In this document: in pieces, positions 14,801-26,750 of the stretch
Numbering within the stretch: position 1 is the stretch's first letter
Layout: each line of letters starts with the position of its first letter
DNA from: Tubiluchus corallicola
Lineage: Eukaryota; Animalia; Priapulida
Assembly: GCA_030141605.1 (NCBI GenBank)
Contig: JAQGDQ010000506.1
Location: 62,001-126,000 of the forward strand
Length of the DNA stretch: 64,000 bases
Reading direction: 5' to 3'
Made by a program: the position numbers and the translations under genes
Notes under the pieces: generated by a model
Told to the model about the DNA's origin: nothing
The model's database searches: none
What the model saw: only the letters and a program-made list of their open reading frames with translations

Positions 14801-15062
14801 CTACGAAAAAAAGAAAATTGAGGGAGTGCCTCTTTTGCACTTTGCAAGTTTATGCGCTGATGCAATAAGAAGACATGTTCTAGAAAATACTGTGCCGACA
14901 AAGAAAGGTGTTGTTACTCTTGATGACAAGCAAATACAAGATTTGTATCAGCACATTAGACAAACAAAAGTGCAAGAAGGACACGTTGGAGAACGGGCAC
15001 CTGATAAAGCATACAAAATGTACAAATTCGAAAAAGCCTGGAAGAAACTTGAAACAAAGTAA
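11802..15062 (+). CDS. Ankyrin-repeat / Mab-21 (cGAS-like receptor, cGLR) nucleotidyltransferase fusion, 1086 aa, uninterrupted ORF
   Basis: About 16-17 ANK repeats (GxTALMxASxxGHxxVVQLLLDSGAD; GNTPLHIAA). Then VGSSSCGTKIGLPDEYDFLI (hGS-x9-13-E/DhD), third acidic strand VALDFSPAV, WTLSTSQAE, and the Mab-21 C-terminal helical signature AYLVKTSFLH...W...RVQSILKYISECC...MKHCLLDNVNIL. Splice acceptor attgatag at ~11689 precedes the ATG. Confidence 0.88.
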   Translation: MTEESRLNRQLLQATRDGNIHEIQQLLTEGADCNFRENDRPGESALIRASINGHVNVIQLLLDSGADINISNNYGRTALMRASMKGHVNVVQLLLDSGADINIRDNYGRTAFMWASIDGHLNVVQLLLDSGADINISDNYGETAVMLASISGHLIVVQLLLDSGADINISDNDGETALMRASIIGHLNVVQLLLDSGADINISNNEGWTALMLASTHGNLNVVQLLLDSGADINISDNDGETALMQASINGHLNVVQLLLESGADINISGYDVGMPLILSSKNNQQVVEVLLSRDVDCNVSDQDGWTPLMFATRAGSYAAILNLLACGADCNATSDDGWSAPLIASDRKDEEAIDLLRNFSNTILLDGIDVVLSATQEDAFTNLLSLLKSSSKYEDMRQTFLMAAAKHNAKVAVGRLLSAGMTDCNLCDIYGVTALMIAAAHGHHKILQILLSYDADYTAADKDGETALIAAVKGGSAETTGTVRVLLEHSSGVTDSTNDFINQKDQFGNTALHYAVREKESESIKLLLANGSDVNICDNEGNTPLHIAAHLQIGIRSDIVKCLLEHGVDLEKLNKKGQKAIDLYVGLVNVITINDEYRETVGHFLSLLYIPGWRKEPEIWKKTPTEEDVARCEEISDILEIIFLGNIPNSSENDVVKRKVLSVANAACEEIGKINQEFDCFPVLVGSSSCGTKIGLPDEYDFLIALRKFSDGVSIEKTDNPGLVHLKCNDGKFLPNNLKDKFVPIACQAMAAAVTSEENLKLERIEYNKVCLTFHMVYSGKEEIYKALPVALDFSPAVKLSESESKTSTSFLSYFFYFLSYFSPSSLFLSYSFSLPSSQTLQPESDEFSSFHTHAVCKPLSHNTDKYLWTLSTSQAESRLIEGVSEERKTVLKLTKALLREEIYGKPLKSNEIKIDIIFHDVNIGKLFEILKYKPSKLIDAYLVKTSFLHEVTEVPDDGEWNQENAIDRVQSILKYISECCSERFMKHCLLDNVNILEDYEKKKIEGVPLLHFASLCADAIRRHVLENTVPTKKGVVTLDDKQIQDLYQHIRQTKVQEGHVGERAPDKAYKMYKFEKAWKKLETK
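11925..12620 (+). repeat. Seven near-identical 99-bp ankyrin-coding modules
   Basis: gttcagctcttactagatagtggagctgatattaacatcagt recurs every 99 bp. Confidence 0.95.
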
Positions 15063-15074
15063 TTGAAAGAAACC

Positions 15075-15350
15075 GATGAGTCAAGCAGTGATTAGTCAAG
15101 CAGCGATGGGTCAGTTATCCTTGAGGTTATCCGTGATGAATCCAGCCATGAATCGAACCATGATGAGCCTAGCCATGATGAGTCTAGACATAATATGCAT
15201 AGTGGTGATGGGTTTAGCCGTGCTTAGTCTAGCCATGATGAGTCTATCCATGAAGAGCCTAGCAATGATGAGTCTAGCCATGACTAGTCTAGCCATAATG
15301 AGTCTAGCCATGATGAGTTTTGCCAAGATGAGTCTAAGCATGATGAGTGA
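15075..15350 (+). repeat. 15-bp minisatellite (gatgagtctagccat) directly after the cGLR stop codon
   Basis: Direct reading; translates as (DESSH)n with interspersed stops in the frame of the upstream CDS. Confidence 0.85.
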
Positions 15351-15659
15351 AGCTTTGACACGTGGAGGAAACTACGTGATTTGATCTCTAAAGACTGTGA
15401 CAAGTCTTGGTCAAAATCATCTCTACGATTCACCAGGTGAGTTAAGTGAAGATAGTTGAAAAGAGTTGCTGACTTTGTACTAATGAACTGCTAGCTACAG
15501 TAGATTTGCTGAATTGCTTGAACGTTGTGAAATCATAGACGTTGCTTTTATTAAGTGAAATGTTGGAGCAGAAACTAAATAATGTTAGATTATAGAACAA
15601 TGTGGAAATTTAAAAAAACTTCAGTAGAATCTCAGTGAATCTGAATGAGATCAGAATTG

Positions 15660-18600
15660 AATTGTTAGACGAAAGTTTGAGTGTTTGTTCACTTTTATGA
15701 TTTTTTGTATTTTAGGCTCTTTTACTAAATCGTGGCTGAGCTGTTCTTCTCACTGCCAAGTCTGTCTTCATCAAGTTACACCTGGTAAGTTGTTGAATAG
15801 TGATACACACACTTGATAAAAATGTCATTTATGATTTATTGTATTCGTTGGTTTTGCTAGTATAATAAGAATTACAAATAAGATATCAAATCGTCATTTT
15901 GTATTCCATTTCATTCATTTCTCTAACATTTTAAAGTAACAATGCATGTTTGTTTAACTGCCTTTTCCAAATTTGGTAATAGGAAGATGCCTTGTTCCTC
16001 GAGGCCTATTACAGTGCTTATTGCTTATTGTGTCTGATGATTAGTTCTTGCCTTTCAGGGTTTTTATCATTACTGGCGATTGGTGAACTGTTGTCGAGGT
16101 TACGTTCAGCTTCACAAGTTTCATCTGGCACGTAAGTAAAAGAATTTGCTCAAAAACTGTCAGTTTTTTGTGTTGTTGCAGTTTCTCACATGATAAGAAT
16201 TCATTTTACAAACTTTGTTTAACATTTTTTTTTTACTAATTACTAATCAATTATTAACCTTGAATTGTTGGGCGCATGTTAGGTAAAATATTAAACAGAA
16301 CAAGCGAACTTGCCCAGTGGTTGCAGTGATAAGAGGCTAAAGTGAAGCAACAAGAAATCTGGACAGTAAGTGTGGGAATGAGTTCTACATTATTACAACT
16401 GAAGCAAAATTTTCCAATCGATGGATATGCGAGAGCTCACTTACTAGGAGGCACAAAACTGATTGTGATTGTTATGCTGTGATTTTCAGGTTTTTTCCTA
16501 AATCTGGATTCTTCATCCTGCATAAGGTGACTGTCTTGGACTTTGTCTACTGTTTGCTAAACATTGAGCAAGTTACACCAGGTAAGACACTGCAGTGCAT
16601 TTTGCAAACATAGTTTGAATATTAACAATTTGGATTTTTTAGCAATTATAATTTAAACACAAGTTTGAAAATCCACATTTTTTATTTTTAGCAATTATAA
16701 TTTTGGACACCTGTTTGAATATTGACAATTTTTGGATTTTTTTGGCAATTATATTTTTGCAAGCAATTATTGTCTGGCTGAACTGCTCTGCTCACTGTCA
16801 AGCCTGTCAGCATCAAGTTACATCTGGTACTTGTCTGATAGTGATACACAAACTAAAAAATTGTCATTTATAATTTAGTACTTTGCTGGTTTTGCTAGTA
16901 AAATAACAATTACAAATAAAAGATTTTTGTTACTTTCCTAAATATCTTTTTTTGTAGTGCTTTAGTTTGAATTTGATAAACAGTTTAAAACTTGTTAGTA
17001 ACAGATAAAAGTTATAAAAAAGGTTATTTCTGAAATTTTATTCCGTTTTATGTAAAGAAAATAAAGTATTACGTCATCATCATCAAAATTATTGTTATTA
17101 GAAATTATCTAAATTTAACAACGAATTACAATAAATTTACATCATAACTATAAATTTGTATTTGAACAATTTTGACCTGACTTTAATCTTCTTTGTATGA
17201 TATTCAAATAACCACTTTTATAATCAGCATTTTTATTTTCTTATTGAATCATACAATTGAGAAGAAAGTGTTGTGAAAAAATTCTGTTGCCATTTTAAAA
17301 AAGACGATAGTTAACTGAGTTTTCATTAATCATTCATATTTTTATCATCTGAAAAAAAGTTCAGATAAAATAAAATCACCATGGTTCAGTTGAGTCGAAA
17401 ATTTGAGAGTTTATACTCTTTTATGATTTTTTCTTGTATTTTTAGGCTCTTTTCGTGGCTGAGCTATTCTTATCACCGTCAGCATCAAGTTCCACCTGGT
17501 AAGTTGTTGAATATGGATACACAGACTTGATAAAAGTGTCATTTATGATTTATTGTATTCGTTGGTTTTCTAGTAAAATAATTATTACAAATAAAATATT
17601 AAATTGTCATTTTTTATTCCTTTTCATTCTTTTCTCTAACATTTTAAAAAGTAGCAATGCATGATTGTTTAACTGCTTTTTTTCAAATTGGGTAATAGGA
17701 AGACGCCTTGTTCCTCGAGGCCTATTACAGAGCTTATTGCTTTTGTGTCTAATGATTAGTTCTTGCCTTTCAGGGTTTTATCATTACTGGCGATTGGTGA
17801 ACTGTTGCCAAGGTTACGTTCAGCGTCACAAGTTTCATCTGGCACGTAAGTAAGAGAAGTTTGCTCAAAAACTGTCAGTTTGTTGTGTTGTTGCAGTTTC
17901 TCACAGTGTAAGAATTCATTTTACAAACTTTGTTTAACATTTTTTATTACAAAATACTAATCAATTATTGACCTTGAATTGTTGGGCGCATGTTAGGTAA
18001 AATATTAAAGAGAACAAACGAACTTGCCGAGTGATTGCAGTGATAAGACACTGAAGTTAAGCAACAAAAAATCTGGACAGTAAGTGTGGGAATGAGTTCT
18101 ACTTTATTGCAACTGAAGCAAAAGTGTTTACTGGATGGATATGCGAAAGCTCACTTACCAGGAGGCACAAAACTGATTGTAATTGTTATACTGTGATTTT
18201 CAGGTTTTTTTCGAAATCTGGATTCTTCATCCTGCATAAGGTGACTGCCTTGGAGTTTGACTGTTGTTTGCAAAACATTGAGCAAGTTATACTAGGTAAG
18301 ACACTGCAGTGCATTTCGCAAACATAGTTTGAATATTAACAATTTTTGGATTTTTTAGCAGTTACAATTTAAACACAAGTTTGAAAATACACATGTTTTT
18401 TATTTTCAGCAATTATAATTCTGGACGCCTGTTTGAATATTGACAATTATTGTATTTTTTTGGCAATTATGTTTTTACAAGCAATTATTATCTGGCTGAA
18501 CTGCCCTACTCACTGTCAATTCTGTCAGCATCAGGTTACATCTGGTAACTTGTCTGATAGTGATACACAAACTTGATAAAAGTTTCATTTATAATTTAGA

Positions 18601-21600
18601 ACTTTTGCTGTCTTTGCTAGTAAATAACAATTACAAATAAAAAATTGCTTTCGTCACTTTCCAAACTCTCTCTTTTTAAAGAGGTTTAGTTGGAATTTGA
18701 TAATCAGTTTAAAACTTGTTAGTAACAAATAAAAGTTATAAAAAAGGTTATTTTTGAAACTTCATGCCGTTTTATGTAAAGAAAACAAAGTATTACGTCA
18801 TCATCATCATCATTATTATTGTTATCAGAAATTAGCTAAATTTAACAACGAATTACAATAAATTTACATGTCAACTTTAAACTTCTATTTGAACAATTTT
18901 CACCTCTTTCTAATCTTGTTTGTGTGATATTCAAAGAACCACTTTAATAATCAACGTTTTTTTTTCTCCTTGAATCATGCAATCGAAAAGAAAGTGTTGT
19001 GAAAACATTCTGTTGCCATTTTAATAAAGATGATAGAAACCGAGTTTTCATTAATCATTCATATTTTTTTGTCATCTGGAACACAGTTCAGATAAAATCA
19101 AAATCACCATGATTTATCATTGTGTTGAGTCGAAAATTTGAGAGTTTATTCTCTTTTATGATTTTTTCTTGTATTTTTAGGCTCTTTTCGTGGCTGAATC
19201 GTGGTGGAGCTATTCTTATCACTGTCAGCATCAAGTTCCACAGGGTAAGTTGTTGAATATAGATACACAAACTTGATAAAAGTGTCATTTATGATTTATT
19301 GTAGTCGTTGATTTTCCTAGTAAAATAATTATTACAAATAAAATATTAAATCGTCATTTTTTATTTCTATTCATTCATTTCTCTAACATTTTAAAGTAAC
19401 GATGCATGTTTGTTTACCTGCCTTTTTCCGAATTGGGTAATAGGAAGATGCCTTGTTCCTCTAGGCCTATTACAATGCTTATTGCTTATTGTGTCTAATG
19501 ATTAGTCTTGCCTTTCAGGGTTTTTATCATTACTGGCGAATGGTGAATTGTTGTCAAGGTTACGTTCAGCCTCACAAGTTTCATCTGGAACGTAAGTAAA
19601 GAAGTTTGCTCAGAAACTGTCAGTTTGTTGTGTTGTTGCAGTTTCTCACAGTATAAGAATTCATTTTACAAACTTTGTTTAACATTTTTTATTACAAAAT
19701 ACTAATCAATTATTGACCTTGAATTGTTGGACGCATGTTAGGTAAAATATTAAGGAGAATAAACGAACTTGTCAAGTGATTGCAGTGATAAGACACTGAA
19801 GTTAAGCAACAAAAAATCTGGACACTAAGTGTGGGAATGAGTTCTACTTTATTGCAACTGAAGCAAAATTGTTTACTGGCTGGATATGCGAAAGCTCACT
19901 TACTAGAAGGCACAAAACTGATTGTAATTGTTATACTGTGATTTTCAGGTTTTTTTTCGAAATCTGGATTCTTCATCCTGCATAAGGTGACTGTCTTGGA
20001 GTTTGTCTGTTGTTTGCGAAACATTGAGCAAGTTACACCAGGCAAGACACTGCAGTGCATTTCGCAAACATAGTTTGAATATTAACAGTTTTTGGATTTT
20101 TTAGCAGTTACAATTTAAACACAAGTTTGAAAATACACATGTTTTTTATTTTCTGCAATTATAATTCAGGACGCCTGTTTGAATATTGACAATTATTGTA
20201 TTTTTTGGCAATTATTGTCCAGCTGAATCGCTCTGCTCACTGTCAAGCCTGCCGGCATCAAGTTACATCTGGTAACTTGTCTGATTGTGATACACAAACT
20301 AAAAAAATTGTCATTTATAATTTAGTACTTTTGCTGGTTTTGCTAGTAAAATAGCAATCGCAAATAAAAGATTTTTGTCACTTTCCTAACTCTCTATTTT
20401 TATAGAGGTTTAGTTAGAATTTGATAATCAGTTTGAAGCTTGGTAGTAACAGATAAAAGTTATAAAAAAGGTTATTTTTGAAATTTCATCCCGTTTTATG
20501 CAAAGAAAACAAAGTATTATGTCATCATCATCATTATTATTGTTATTAGAAATTATCTGAATTTAACAACGAATTACAATAAATTTACATCCCAACTATA
20601 AATTTGTATTTGAACAATTTTGACCTCATTTTAATCTTGTTTGTATGATATTCAAAGAACACTTTTATAATCAACATTTTTTATTTTTTATTGAATCATA
20701 CAATTGAGAAGAAAGTGTTGCGAAAAAATTCTGTTGCCATTTTAATAAAGATGATAGAAACCGAGTTTTCATTAATCATTCATATTTTTTTTGTCATCTG
20801 GAACACAGTTCAGATAAAATCAAAATCACCATGATTTAGTTGAGTCGAAAATTTGAGAGTTTATTCTCTTTTATGATTTTTTCTTGTATTTTTAGGCTCT
20901 TTTCGTGGCTGAGCCATTCTTATCACCATCAGCATCAAGTTCCACCTGGTAAGTTGTTGAATATGGATACACAGACTTGATAAAAGTGTCATTTATGATT
21001 TATTGTAGTCGTTGGTTTTCCTAGTAAAATAATTATTACAAATAAAATATTAAATCGTCATTTTTTATTTCTATTCATTCATTTCTCTAACATTTTAAAG
21101 TAACAATGCTTGTTTGTTTACCTGCCTTTTTTCGAATTGGGTATTAGGAAGATGCCTTGTTCCTCTAGGCCTATTTTACAGTGCTTATTGCTTATTGTGT
21201 CTAATGATTAGTTCTTGCCTTTCAGGGTTTTTATCATTACTGGCGATTCGTGAGTTGTTGTCAAGGTTACGTTCAGCATCACAAGTTTCATCTGGAACGT
21301 AAGTAAGAGAAGTTTGCTCAAAAACTGTCAGTTTGTTGTGTTGTTGCAGTTTCTCACAGTGTAAGAATTCATTTTACAAACTTTGTTTAACATTTTTTAT
21401 TACAAAATACTAATCAATTATTGACCTTGAATTGTTGGGCGCATGTTAGGTAAAATATTAAAGAGAACAAACGAACTTGCCGAGTGATTGCAGTGATAAG
21501 ACACTGAAGTTAAGCAACAAAAAATCTGGACAGTAAGTGTGGGAATGAGTTCTACTTTATTGCAACTGAAGCAAAAGTGTTTACTGGATGGATATGCGAA

Positions 21601-24600
21601 AGCTCACTTACCAGGAGGCACAAAACTGATTGTAATTGTTATACTGTGATTTTCAGGTTTTTTTCGAAATCTGGATTCTTCATCCTGCATAAGGTGACTG
21701 CCTTGGAGTTTGACTGTTGTTTGCAAAACATTGAGCAAGTTATACTAGGTAAGACACTGCAGTGCATTTCGCAAACATAGTTTGAATATTAACAATTTTT
21801 GGATTTTTTAGCAGTTACAATTTAAACACAAGTTTGAAAATACACGTTTTTTATTTTCAGCAATTATAATTCTGGACGCCTGTTTGAATATTGACAATTA
21901 TTGTATTTTTTTGGCAATTATGTTTTTACAAGCAATTATTATCTGGCTGAACTGCCCTACTCACTGTCAATTCTGTCAGCATCAGGTTACATGTGGTAAC
22001 TTGTCTGATAGTGATACACAAACTTGATAAAAGTTTCATTTATAATTTAGAACTTTTGCTGTCTTTGCTAGTAAATAACAATTACAAATAAAAAATTGCT
22101 TTCGTCACTTTCCAAACTCTCTCTTTTTAAAGAGGTTTAGTTGGAATTTGATAATCAGTTTAAAACTTGTTAGTAACAAATAAAAGTTATAAAAAAGGTT
22201 ATTTTTGAAACTTCATGCCGTTTTATGTAAAGAAAACAAAGTATTACGTCATCATCATCATCATTATTATTGTTATTAGAAATTAGCTAAATTTAACAAC
22301 GAATTACAATAAATTTACATGTCAACTTTAAACTTCTATTTGAACAATTTTCACCTCTTTCTAATCTTGTTTGTGTGATATTCAAAGAACCACTTTAATA
22401 ATCAACGTTTTTTTTCTCATTGAATCATGCAATCGAAAAGAAAGTGTTGTGAAAACATTCTGTTGCCATTTTAATAAAGATGATAGAAACCGAGTTTTCA
22501 TTAATCATTCATATTTTTTTGTCATCTGGAACACAGTTCAGATAAAATCAAAATCACCATGATTTATCATTGTGTTGAGTCGAAAATTTGAGAGTTTATT
22601 CTCTTTTATGATTTTTTCTTGTATTTTTAGGCTCTTTTCGTGGCTGAATCGTGGTGGAGCTATTCTTATCACTGTCAGCATCAAGTTCCACAGGGTAAGT
22701 TGTTGAATATAGATACACAAACTTGATAAAAGTGTCATTTATGATTTATTGTAGTCGTTGGTTTTCCTAGTAAAATAATTATTACAAATAAAATATTAAA
22801 TCGTCATTTTTTATTTCTATTCATTCATTTCTCTAACATTTTAAAGTAACGATGCATGTTTGTTTACCTGCCTTTTTCCGAATTGGGTAATAGGAAGATG
22901 CCTTGTTCCTCGAGGCCTATTACAGTGCTTATTGCATTTTGTGTCTAATGATTAGTTCTTGCCTTTCAGGGTTTTTATCATTACTGGCGAATGGTGAATT
23001 GTTGTCAAGGTTACGTTCAGCGTCACAAGTTTCATCTGGAACGTAAGTAAAAGAAGTTTGCTCAAAAACTGTCAGTTTTTTTGTGTTGTTGCAGTTTCTC
23101 ACAGTATAAGAATTCATTTTACAAACTATGACTAACATTTTTTATTACTAATTACTAATCAATTATTGACCTTGAATTGTTGGATGCATGTTAGGTAAAA
23201 CATTAAAGAGAACAAACGAACTTGCCGAGTGATTGCAGTGATAAGAGACTGAAGTAAAGGAACAAGAAATCTGGACAGTAAGTGTGGGAATGAGTTCTAC
23301 TTTATTGCAACTGAAGCAAAATTGTTTACTGGATGGATATGCGAGAGCTCACTTACCAGGAGGCACAAAACTGATTGTAATTGTTATACTGTGATTTTCA
23401 GGTTTTTTTCGAAATCTGGATTCTTCATCCTGCATAAGGTGATTGTCTTGGAGTTTGTCTGTTGTTTGCGAAACATTGAGCAAGTTATACTAGGTAAGAC
23501 ACTGCAGTGCATTTCGCAAACATAGTTTGAATATTAACAATTTTTGGATTTTTTAGCAGTTACAATTTAAACACAAGTTTGAAAATACACATGTTTTTTA
23601 TTTTCAGCAATTATAATTCTGGACGCCTGTTTGAATATTGACAATTATTGTATTTTTTTGGCAATTATGTTTTTACAAGCAATTATTATCTGGCTGAACT
23701 GCTCTACTCACCGTCAAACCTGTCAGCATCAAGTTACATATTAGAAATTAGCTAAATTTAACAACGAATTACAATAAATTTACATGTCAACTTTAAATTT
23801 GTATTTGAACAATTTTGACCTCTTTCTAATCTTGTTTGTATAATATTCAAAGATAAGCTGTTCTTTTCCCTGTCAAGTTTGTCAGCATCAAGTTACACCT
23901 GGTAAGTTGTTGAATATCGATACACAAACTTGATCAAAGTGTCATTTATGATTTATTGTATTGGTTGGTTTTCTTAGTAAAGTAATCATTACAAGTAAAA
24001 TATTAAATTGTCATTTTTTATTCCTTTTCATTCTTTTCTCTAACATTTTAAAGTAACAATGTATGATTGTTTAACTGCCTTTTTCCAAATTGGGTAATAG
24101 GAAAATGCCTTGTTCCTCGCGGCCTATTACAGAGCTTATTGTGTCTGATGATTAGTTCTTGCCTTTCAGGGTTTTTATCATTACTGGCAATTGGTGAACT
24201 GTTGTCAAGGTTACGTTCAGCTTCACTAGTTTCATCTGGCACGTAAGTAAAAGAAGTTTGTCTTGGAGTTTGTCTGCTGTTTGCTAAACATTGAGCAAGT
24301 TACACCAGGTAAGACACTGCAGTGCAATTCACAAACGTAGTTCGAATATTGACAATTTTCGGATTTTTTTTGGCAATTATAAGTTCAGGCGCATGTTTGA
24401 ATATTGATAAATTCTGGATTTTTTGGCAATTATATTTTAACATGCAGTTGTTGAATATGGATACACAAACTTGATAAAAGTGTTATTTATGATTTATTGT
24501 ATTCGTTGGTTTTTCTAGTAAAATAATCATTACAAAAAAATATTAAATTGCCATTTTTTATTCACTTTCATTAATTTCTCTAACATTTTATAGTAACGAT

Positions 24601-24840
24601 GCATGTTTGTTTACCTGCCTTTTTTCGAATTGGGTAATAGGAAGATGCCTTGTTTCTCTAGGCCTATTACAATGCTTATTGCTTATTGTGTCTAATGATT
24701 AGTTCTTGCCTTTCAGGGTTTTTATCATTACTGGCGATTCGTGAGTTGTTGTCAAGGTTACGTTCAGCTTCACAAGTTTCATCTGGCAAGTAAGTAAAAG
24801 AAGTTTGCTCAAAAATTGTCAGTTTTTTGTGTTGTTTACA
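15660..24840 (+). repeat. ~1.7-kb tandem repeat (about 5 units plus deleted derivatives) with a ~3.45-kb higher-order period
   Basis: The same short ORF text recurs at 18124, 21577 and 23322, and at 19088/22538. 18124 and 21577 are identical in translation (offset 3453). Related sequence occurs at ~6240-8760. Confidence 0.93.
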
Positions 24841-25343
24841 ATAGCTCTGAATACAGAATACTCTATTGTGTATTGCAGTCTTTTTATTGGGTCCCATTGC
24901 CTGCATTACCATGTACTTGAAAGTTTTTGTTGCGTACTTCACATTTGTCAGCTGTTTCCAAATTTAACCTGTCATTCCTGGTGGGAACAAAAAAGTTGTT
25001 GGATATGCGGCATACCTGCGTTGTTAACATGTCGAATCGAAAGGTGATTTTCTCTACCAACTGTATAAAAATAATGAATCACTCAGTGGGTTGGCACCTA
25101 GCTGTTTTAAGCACTGTGACTGGACACTCCTGAGATGTTTCATACTGTTGCTACTTGGTTGCAAAACCTTATACAAGAGATAAACAGAAATTTTACCTCT
25201 GTCTGTTTATCACAATTTTGCTGAAATTTGAAGGTGGTTCTAAACTAGGTAATAACATATAAAAGTCAAAAATGACAATTTTTCAAACTTCATGCAGTTT
25301 GTGTTAATATTTACTATGTTTTATTTGTTATTATTTTCGTTAT

Positions 25344-25478
<135 letters not shown>

Positions 25479-25837
25479 TATTATTAATATCATCGTCATC
25501 ATATCTATTATTTAAAATGATTTGCATTTATAGCTTGCATCAAATTTAAATCCCAACTTCAACTTTGTATTCGCGGAATTTCAAAATTCCATTATAACCC
25601 AGTTTTTTTACTTATTGTATTTCCTGTCTTTTAGTGTTTTACTGTTCACAAAAAATGTAGCATTAAATTTGATTCACCCTGTACTTCTGCAAATGGAATA
25701 CCGTATAAAACCTATTTTGGTTTCACCTGCAGACAAATTATCGAATTGAATTACTGAGCTCAGATTAGATTTTATCTATTGTTCTTAATTTTTTTTTATT
25801 AATGGGTCAGAATTTATTTAACAGTCACAAATAAGGG

Positions 25838-26522
25838 TTCCAATCAAGCAAAAAGCTGCAATGACAACGTAAAATCAACAGAGAAATTATTCAACCAACT
25901 CTCAATATTTCACTTTTATTTCGCGTCTTCATTTGCATCTTATGCTGATATTACAAAGTTATTAAGATTCACATAGACAAGTTAATCTTTGTACAAACGT
26001 TGCTATTGTTTCTAGGAGGGAAGCTATTTGTAGCCATGACATTTCTTAAAATTTGTTCTTTGTTGACATAAAGAGTCACAGGTATTAAGAAATGTCATGA
26101 CTACAAATGGCTACAAATTTCAATTAAACATGTGGGACAATATGACCACAATGATATGATATGTATACGTAATCACCCTTATTTGTGACTACGTATACAT
26201 ATCATATCATTGTGGTCATATTGTCCCACATGTTTAATTGAAATTTGTAGCCATTTGTAGTCGTGATGTTTCTTAATACCCGTGACTCTTTATGTCAACA
26301 AAGAACAAATTTTAAGAAATGTCATGGCTACAAGTAGCTTCCCTCCTAGAAACAATAGCAACGTTTGTACAAAGATTAACTTGTCTATCTGAATCTTAAC
26401 AGCTTTGTAATATCAGCGTAAGATGTAAATAAAGACACGAAATAAAAGTGAAATATTGAGAGTTGGTTGAATAATTTCTCTGTTGATTTACGATGTCATT
26501 GCAGCTTTTTACTTGATTGGAA
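25838..26522. repeat. Long inverted duplication (foldback), arms ~25838-26171 and ~26190-26522, ~18-nt spacer
   Basis: tatgaccacaatgatatgatatgtatacgta mirrors tacgtatacatatcatatcattgtggtcata, and complementarity extends out to ttccaatcaag / cttgattggaa. The paralogous regions at 11.25-11.58 kb and 36.3-36.6 kb have only the right arm. Confidence 0.9.
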
Positions 26523-26750
26523 TCAATTTCCTAAGCAATGATTTCAAAATGATTAAAATGATTAACAACAGACTATAAAATAAAGCATATTACAACAATG
26601 TCTTTCAAATTAAAATAATTTTTTTATTATTTTTTAGTATAGGTGGCGCTATCAGGTTTATCCTGTAGAAATACTTGGGCGATTAGCAGGTCACGATTCT
26701 GATCTGAGAACAGGATAGATCTAAAAACGCTTCGTTCTAAAAGAGCAGGC

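Noticed and set aside
15076-15384. 102-aa Met/Ser-rich ORF
   Set aside because: Alternative frame of the 15-bp minisatellite.
18124-18327. Recurrent 67-aa ORF in the 1.7-kb repeat
   Set aside because: Non-ATG start, disrupted in other units, and it crosses predicted splice sites.
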